Below are positions 58,915-64,000 of a stretch of DNA of 64,000 bases, piece by piece; position 1 is the stretch's first letter; the number at the start of each line of letters is the position of its first letter. Position numbers and translations under genes: made by a program. Source of the stretch: Sulfolobales archaeon (GTDB lineage: Archaea > Thermoproteota > Thermoprotei_A > Sulfolobales > NBVN01); contig JAWBTQ010000006.1 of assembly GCA_038841535.1 (NCBI GenBank), positions 6,425 through 70,424 of the forward strand, written 5' to 3'. Under the pieces are notes generated by a model. That model was not told the origin of the DNA and did no database searches. It was given only the letters and a program-made list of their open reading frames with translations.

Positions 58915-60339
58915 TCAACCTTGAACTTGCTTATAGTACGTCCCCCGCGCCCTCTTTTCGAACCATTCTATGGACAGTCTAAGAGCCTTCACTGCTTCCT
59001 CTGGTGACTTAAAGTACGGTATTCTCAGTTTTCTCTCTATGATCTTAGCATGTCTCTCCGTATACTCTCCTCCCGGAGCCACTAAAACCATGGGCTTCGT
59101 CGTCCGACTACGTATGTCCTGCAGCTGTTCTACAAATTTATGTGGGTCAAATGCTGGTGACTGCATTAAGGTAATTATCAGTACCGAATCGACGTTGATG
59201 TCGTTGATCACTAAGTCTATAGCAGCCCTATACCTCTCCGGCGGGGCGTCCCCCAAGAGATCGACAGGGTTCAGTGGGGATGCCGCTGAAGGTAGAGCTC
59301 TTCTTAAGCTTTCAATAGTTTCTTTTGATAGATTAGCTATCCTTAAACCCTCAGCTTCGGTGGCATCTACTGCTAGTACTCCAGCTCCACCACCATTCGT
59401 CACAATCGCAATACCTCTGCCCTTTGGAGGTTCGAACCACTCAAAAAGCTTCAAGACTCCGACCATTTCACTTACGCTATCCACTACTATAGCCCCCGCC
59501 TGCCTCACAGCGTAAAGGAAGACTTCTGAGGGACTCGATAAAGCTCCGGTATGCGACACCGCAGCCCTAACTCCGGACGGGGTTCTGCCTCCCTTGAGTA
59601 TCACAACAGGCTTTCCGGCAGCAGCTGCCTTCCTTAAGCTATTTAAGAATTCTCTTCCGCTATCAACACCTTCGACATAGAGAGAGATTATTCTTGTTTC
59701 TCCGTCATACGCTAAGTACTCTATGAGCTCCCATTCCTTTATGTCAGCAGCGTTTCCGTAGCTCACAAACTTGCTCATCCCGATCCCGGCTTCAGATAGC
59801 CAGTCTAATAGGGCAGCCCCCAAAGCACCTGACTGAGAAAGAAAAGCTACACTACCTGGGCTAGGTTTAGATTGTCTATCCCCAGGGTTAAAAATTGTGT
59901 CAACCCCTGTCCAGGCATCATAGACCCCGAGACAATTAGGACCCAGTATTCGCATACCGCAAGTCCGAGCTCTCTTCACTAACTCTATCTCTAGTCTCGC
60001 ACCATCTTCTCCTATCTCCTTAAAGCCCGCACTCACAACTATAGAGACTCTGACCCCTAGCTTGCAAAGTTCCTCAACTACCTTGAGTGTGCTAGCTGCT
60101 GGAATCGCCACAACGGCCAAATCAGGGGTCTTTGGTAGCTCATCAATACCTTTATAGCACTTAAGACCTAGAACCGTTTCATATTTTACGTTCACTGGAT
60201 ATACTTCCCCCCTAAACCCCCTCAATAAGTTCTCCATTATAGCTCTTCCAACAGTACCCTGCTTTTCAGACGCCCCAATAACAGCTATAGTCCCCGGATT
60301 GAACAGCTTCTCTATGTATGTTTGTCCCAGTTTATACAC
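58915..60339 (-). CDS. ADP-forming acetyl-CoA synthetase alpha subunit (CoA-binding / succinyl-CoA-synthetase-like)
   Basis: 474-aa ORF with PGTIAVIGASEKQGTVG, LGPNCLG, SQSGALG and VSHTGAL (phosphohistidine loop). Confidence 0.85.
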   Translation of the reverse strand: MYKLGQTYIEKLFNPGTIAVIGASEKQGTVGRAIMENLLRGFRGEVYPVNVKYETVLGLKCYKGIDELPKTPDLAVVAIPAASTLKVVEELCKLGVRVSIVVSAGFKEIGEDGARLEIELVKRARTCGMRILGPNCLGVYDAWTGVDTIFNPGDRQSKPSPGSVAFLSQSGALGAALLDWLSEAGIGMSKFVSYGNAADIKEWELIEYLAYDGETRIISLYVEGVDSGREFLNSLRKAAAAGKPVVILKGGRTPSGVRAAVSHTGALSSPSEVFLYAVRQAGAIVVDSVSEMVGVLKLFEWFEPPKGRGIAIVTNGGGAGVLAVDATEAEGLRIANLSKETIESLRRALPSAASPLNPVDLLGDAPPERYRAAIDLVINDINVDSVLIITLMQSPAFDPHKFVEQLQDIRSRTTKPMVLVAPGGEYTERHAKIIERKLRIPYFKSPEEAVKALRLSIEWFEKRARGTYYKQVQG

Positions 60340-60409
60340 CGTAAATTACTGAGCTAACATATTTTATCTTGTGAAGAAGAAACCCTCAAGAAGAACGGTA
60401 TCTCTCGTA

Positions 60410-61195
60410 CTAACGACTCAGTGTAAGATACCTAAAGATCTTGTATTTGTGTAGACCGAAGCTTTCAATAGTTCTCTCCCAACTTCCTTCAACAGCAAAT
60501 ATTGCTACAAGTGCCGCTGGTTGAGCCCCACCTTTTTTAACTAAAGTAAGTGCTGCTTCTAGTAGTTCCTTGTTGTTAAGTAGTAGGGTAGCCAAGATTA
60601 CTTTTCCTTTTTTCGGGATGCAGCCCTTGCTTACAGCTATAAAGTCTAACTCCATAGAACTATCCCTAAAGTACTCTACAAGAGCTTCACCTAACGAGAC
60701 GGACTTCGTAGTTACGCAAACGTCTCCCCTAATCCAGTGGCTAATTACAGCACCCAGGACACCCGATTCCTCGGGGAAAGCTAGCACACCGTCGATATTC
60801 TCACCATTTAAAAGCTCTAGTGTTTCGAAAGCAACTAGATCGAGAAAACCTATGTTCTTAATTATAGACCAGATATCGCTCAGGTCTTTAGCTTTCATAA
60901 AGTTCTTCTCGAAAGTATTCTCTATAAGCTTCTTCTCCTTGATAATCTGTATCAATCTCTTAGCTGTTCCTTCTTCAGGAGTAGTTAAAAAGTTAGTATA
61001 TCTCCACAGCATTTGATATGGTATCCCGAGTATCTCCTCTAGCTCCTTAAATGTATAAAAGTCCTTAAGTGCGGACAAAAGCTTCATAGTAAGCACTTTA
61101 ACATCCCGCCTCAAAGGGTGAACTATCTCACTCAGCTCACTCATTGCAACCATCCTAGTACTCGAAAGAGGCTTAAAAACCTCAGCTAGAGACAA
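60410..61195 (-). CDS. hypothetical protein (N-terminal HTH-like segment, degenerate PRTase-like C-terminal half)
   Basis: 261-aa ORF with FKELEEILGIPYQMLWRY (HTH-like). VILATLLLNNKELLEA weakly recalls a PRPP loop. Confidence 0.4.
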   Translation of the reverse strand: MSLAEVFKPLSSTRMVAMSELSEIVHPLRRDVKVLTMKLLSALKDFYTFKELEEILGIPYQMLWRYTNFLTTPEEGTAKRLIQIIKEKKLIENTFEKNFMKAKDLSDIWSIIKNIGFLDLVAFETLELLNGENIDGVLAFPEESGVLGAVISHWIRGDVCVTTKSVSLGEALVEYFRDSSMELDFIAVSKGCIPKKGKVILATLLLNNKELLEAALTLVKKGGAQPAALVAIFAVEGSWERTIESFGLHKYKIFRYLTLSR

Positions 61196-61384
61196 TCTAG
61201 GCTAGCTGTTTTACCGCAACACGTGCTGAGCACCTAAAATCCGCAGTTTACGCAGTTCTCCTACTCCCAAATACCTAGAATGTTAGCGGTTATGTACTAA
61301 AGAAGCTGAAAAAGCTTTCAGCCACCGAAGCTCGAGGTAAGCGATAAAGTTGATTAAGTAAGTAGCAAATGATGGGGGGTTTAG

Positions 61385-61475
61385 TAGCGGGGGGTGGATT
61401 TGAACCACCGACCTCGGGGTCTCACAGGGCTATTCCATATGAGCCCCGCGGGCTACCAGGCTACCCCACCCCGCT
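61385..61475 (-). tRNA. initiator tRNA-Met (CAU) with a 17-nt intron
   Basis: Minus-strand fold. Acceptor AGCGGGG/CCCCGCT gives the A1:U72 pair. The anticodon stem CGGGG/CCCCG supplies three consecutive G:C pairs next to the loop. Loop CU-CAU-A, a 17-nt intron after position 37, T arm GGTGG-TTCAAAT-CCACC, discriminator A. Confidence 0.9.
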
Positions 61476-61580
61476 GTCTTGACCCCCCATTAGCTTTAGT
61501 AGTAATTTGAACTTATAAGCTCATGTCCCACAGCTTAAGTGCGCTCGTTATCGTGACAGCACTTTAAATGCTATTCAAGC

Positions 61581-62918
61581 TTACTTAGACAGCATCTTTA
61601 CCGCTCTATAGTACACTGCTGGCATTAGCTTGAGGGACTCTACCTCTACGTACTCGTTGTCTCCATGCATGTTGCCTCCTCTGGGACCTATGTCTACGGC
61701 TTCAACACCTAAAGACGTAAAGTACCTAGAATCGCTTGCTCCAGCTCCCTCTGCGAGGTATGGTCTAACTCCTACTTCTTCAAGAGAAGTAACTAGAGAC
61801 TCAACAACCTTAGACCTTGGTGAAGTATTTAGGTAGCCACCCACATCAGTCCTGACGCTGATGACAGCGTCGTATAGAGATTCACTAAGTACTTCTCTAA
61901 GTGACTCCTCCACGTCTTCTTTTAAAGACATCGCCCGGACATCGAACACTACTCTATGGCATCCCTCTGAGAAGCTGTAAACGTTTGGAGTAATGGAGAC
62001 ACCGTACTCACTGTAAGCCCTAGTTCTAATGGGAGCTCTTACGATAGGCAGTAATGCCCTCACCAACTCGGTAAGTCCCTCGTCTATCTCCACATCTTCT
62101 CCTCGAGGGTCTGGAATTACGTACTCGACCTCTGCCTCCGGAGGGATGACGTTTGACTTCAAAAATGCTCCCCTAATAGTTCTAACAAATGCGTTATTCT
62201 CTCTAATAAAAACTGACGCCGACACTAGTGGGTGCGAGTCGACACTACCTATGAAGTAGGCCGCATGAGCATGCTGAGAAACCGGGTAATATGCTGTGAA
62301 CTTAACGGTTCTGAGACTACCCTTGATTAAGGTTTTTCTCGACTTGACGCGCACTTCCGCACTAAAGCTCTTTCTCCTCCTAACTATAGGAACCATGCCA
62401 GTACCATCTCCATTTATTAAGTACTTTGGAAGCGTTCCCTCGGCTTGCAGTTTTTGAGAAACTACGAGAGCACCGTTACTACCTCCTATTTCCTCGTCTC
62501 CCGTAAGAGCAAATACAACTCCGAAATCCGGTTGATGAGCTTTAAGCTTTTCGAGAGCTACGAGAATGGACGCTACATTCGATTTATCGTCCAGTGCTCC
62601 ACGGCCGTAAGCCCTTCCACCGGCTATAGTGAGCTTAAATGGATCATAGCTCCACCTCTCAGGTGCTACCGGAACTGTGTCGTAGTGCGCGAGAAGCCCT
62701 ACGCAAGGGGGCTTCTGCCCCAAATAACCAAAGACGCTATAGTAACCACTCGATTCAATAATGTCAGAGTAGATCTCGTGCTTACTCAGCCATTCAAATA
62801 TGAAATCTGCTATTTCGCGAGTGGGTTTTACCCCTCTATTAGGGTCGTTTACCGTGTTATACGATACTAATGTATCAAGTAGCTTAATTATATCAGACTC
62901 CACGGTCAAGCTAGTCAC
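61581..62918 (-). CDS. M20-family metallopeptidase / deacylase (ArgE/DapE/CPG2-like)
   Basis: 445-aa ORF with LLAHYDTVP, GRGALDDKS and LTGDEEIGG, plus a C-terminal GASDSRYF block. Confidence 0.8.
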   Translation of the reverse strand: MTSLTVESDIIKLLDTLVSYNTVNDPNRGVKPTREIADFIFEWLSKHEIYSDIIESSGYYSVFGYLGQKPPCVGLLAHYDTVPVAPERWSYDPFKLTIAGGRAYGRGALDDKSNVASILVALEKLKAHQPDFGVVFALTGDEEIGGSNGALVVSQKLQAEGTLPKYLINGDGTGMVPIVRRRKSFSAEVRVKSRKTLIKGSLRTVKFTAYYPVSQHAHAAYFIGSVDSHPLVSASVFIRENNAFVRTIRGAFLKSNVIPPEAEVEYVIPDPRGEDVEIDEGLTELVRALLPIVRAPIRTRAYSEYGVSITPNVYSFSEGCHRVVFDVRAMSLKEDVEESLREVLSESLYDAVISVRTDVGGYLNTSPRSKVVESLVTSLEEVGVRPYLAEGAGASDSRYFTSLGVEAVDIGPRGGNMHGDNEYVEVESLKLMPAVYYRAVKMLSK

Positions 62919-63174
62919 CGACCTACGCTACACATAGAATTTAATAAGTCCACAATAACAAGGAACTAGTTTAATAGCTCGAGCCTTCAGCTACCTAAAG
63001 CCCTAGGTCCGTCAATCACAAATATAGCGCTCGGTCTAGCTACTACAAAGTCACATAGGTAGGTCTCCTCAAGGCAGAGGTTACCGTTAGATTAAAAAGC
63101 GGCTAGCATAGTGGCTAGGTCATTATTCGCCAGGCGTTTTTAATACACCGCATAGTGCAGGTAATAGTAGGAGG

Positions 63175-64000
63175 ATGACCTTACAGAAACATTCAAAAAC
63201 CGAGAAAAGTGCGTCTAGTCTAGAAGCTTACGCAGTAAAGAATGTAGTTAAAGACCTAGGGAGCTACATAGTTAAGGTAAGAATCAGCAAAAAACACCTA
63301 AATAGCAACTACGTAGCTGGTTCGACATCATATGAAGTAACTAACACTATCCACAAAGCGTACCTACTTGGTACATACTACTCCGGCGAGCTTGGTAAGG
63401 CGTACATGAAGTTCTACTCAGAAGAAGAGAATAAAGTCTACGTAGTCTTTGACCCCACAGGACACAAACCATACTTTCTTACAGATTCAATACCAGAGGA
63501 GTTAGCCAGCAATAGAAAACTCATTGAGCACCCCTCTTTTGAGTCTTTTGAACTAGTGGAAAAATTTGACTTACTCAGGATGAAGCGTGTTTCGTTGACG
63601 AAGGTCGTAACTAAGGACCCTCTGGCTGTGAGAGAGCTTAGGAATTACGCGAATAACTCTTATGAAGCTAAGATAAAGTACCACCATAACTACATATACG
63701 ACCTACAGCTTATACCCGGGATGCGGTACACCATAGTGAACGGTAAGATAGTTCGTAATAAAACTACAATAAGCGAGGGTACTATAGCTCTCGTATCGAG
63801 GCTTACCGAGGGGTACTCACCAGAGAAGAAAGCCTTTTTCATGGAGTTTGCTGAACTTTTCGAAGAAAAACCTCCAGAACCCAGGATTTTAGCGATCGAC
63901 ATAGAGGTATATACTCCAATCGAGACCCGAATTCCGGATCCAGAGGAAGCCAACTACCCAATAATAAGTGTAGCTTTAGCTGGTTCAGACCACCTCAGAA
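63175..64000 (+). CDS. polB: family-B DNA polymerase, N-terminal part (runs off the window)
   Basis: The frame is open from ATG 63175 (preceded by AGGAGG) to the window edge. This ORF is not in the supplied track because it has no stop. YEAKIKYHHNYIYDLQLIPGMRY and ILAIDIEV (Exo I, DxE) are typical of archaeal PolB. Confidence 0.9.
   Translation, partial: MTLQKHSKTEKSASSLEAYAVKNVVKDLGSYIVKVRISKKHLNSNYVAGSTSYEVTNTIHKAYLLGTYYSGELGKAYMKFYSEEENKVYVVFDPTGHKPYFLTDSIPEELASNRKLIEHPSFESFELVEKFDLLRMKRVSLTKVVTKDPLAVRELRNYANNSYEAKIKYHHNYIYDLQLIPGMRYTIVNGKIVRNKTTISEGTIALVSRLTEGYSPEKKAFFMEFAELFEEKPPEPRILAIDIEVYTPIETRIPDPEEANYPIISVALAGSDHLR

Noticed and set aside
63690-63953. 87-aa minus-strand ORF.
   Set aside because: It is antisense to the open polB reading frame that carries the Exo I motif.

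Overview
This 64-kb window looks like a chromosomal segment of a hyperthermophilic crenarchaeon (Thermoproteota, with Desulfurococcales/Thermoproteales-like gene content). I cannot name the organism from sequence alone. The segment is densely packed and mostly core genome. It carries radA, thyX, archaeal dnaG, topoisomerase VI B and A, deoC, Elp3, a TFE-beta/RPC34-like factor, a family-4 UDG and DtdA. It also carries the class-I CCA-adding enzyme with an overlapping 2H phosphoesterase (ThpR/LigT), AMP phosphorylase, AglB, an AglH/MraY-like GT4 transferase and a Wzx-like flippase. Further genes are a tungsten-type aldehyde:ferredoxin oxidoreductase with a polyferredoxin, the ADP-forming acetyl-CoA synthetase alpha subunit, a three-gene H4MPT-type pterin module (DUF447, MptE-like, beta-RFAP synthase), and several peptidases and transporters. 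The 5' part of a family-B DNA polymerase runs off the right edge. Four tRNA genes (Pro-GGG, Leu-UAA, Arg-CCU, initiator Met) all contain introns at position 37/38. I found no rRNA, no CRISPR array and no recognisable defence island. The only clear accessory material is a decayed IS607-type element at about 4340-5293 (serine-recombinase tnpA pseudogene plus tnpB fragments) and a second orphan tnpB-tail relic at about 14893-15166. The two relics share a conserved GC-rich module of about 175 nt that ends in GAGCTGAACC. I regard this as a candidate TnpB-associated omega-RNA / right-end module, and it is the most interesting signal in the window. A second notable point is a PHP-phosphoesterase gene whose catalytic DPHIHS motif lies upstream of its first canonical start codon, implying an ATA start or a lesion. 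There are also several unusually long gene-free gaps and one GC-rich hairpin island with no assigned function. Every functional call is motif recognition by eye on the supplied translations, and no database search was run.
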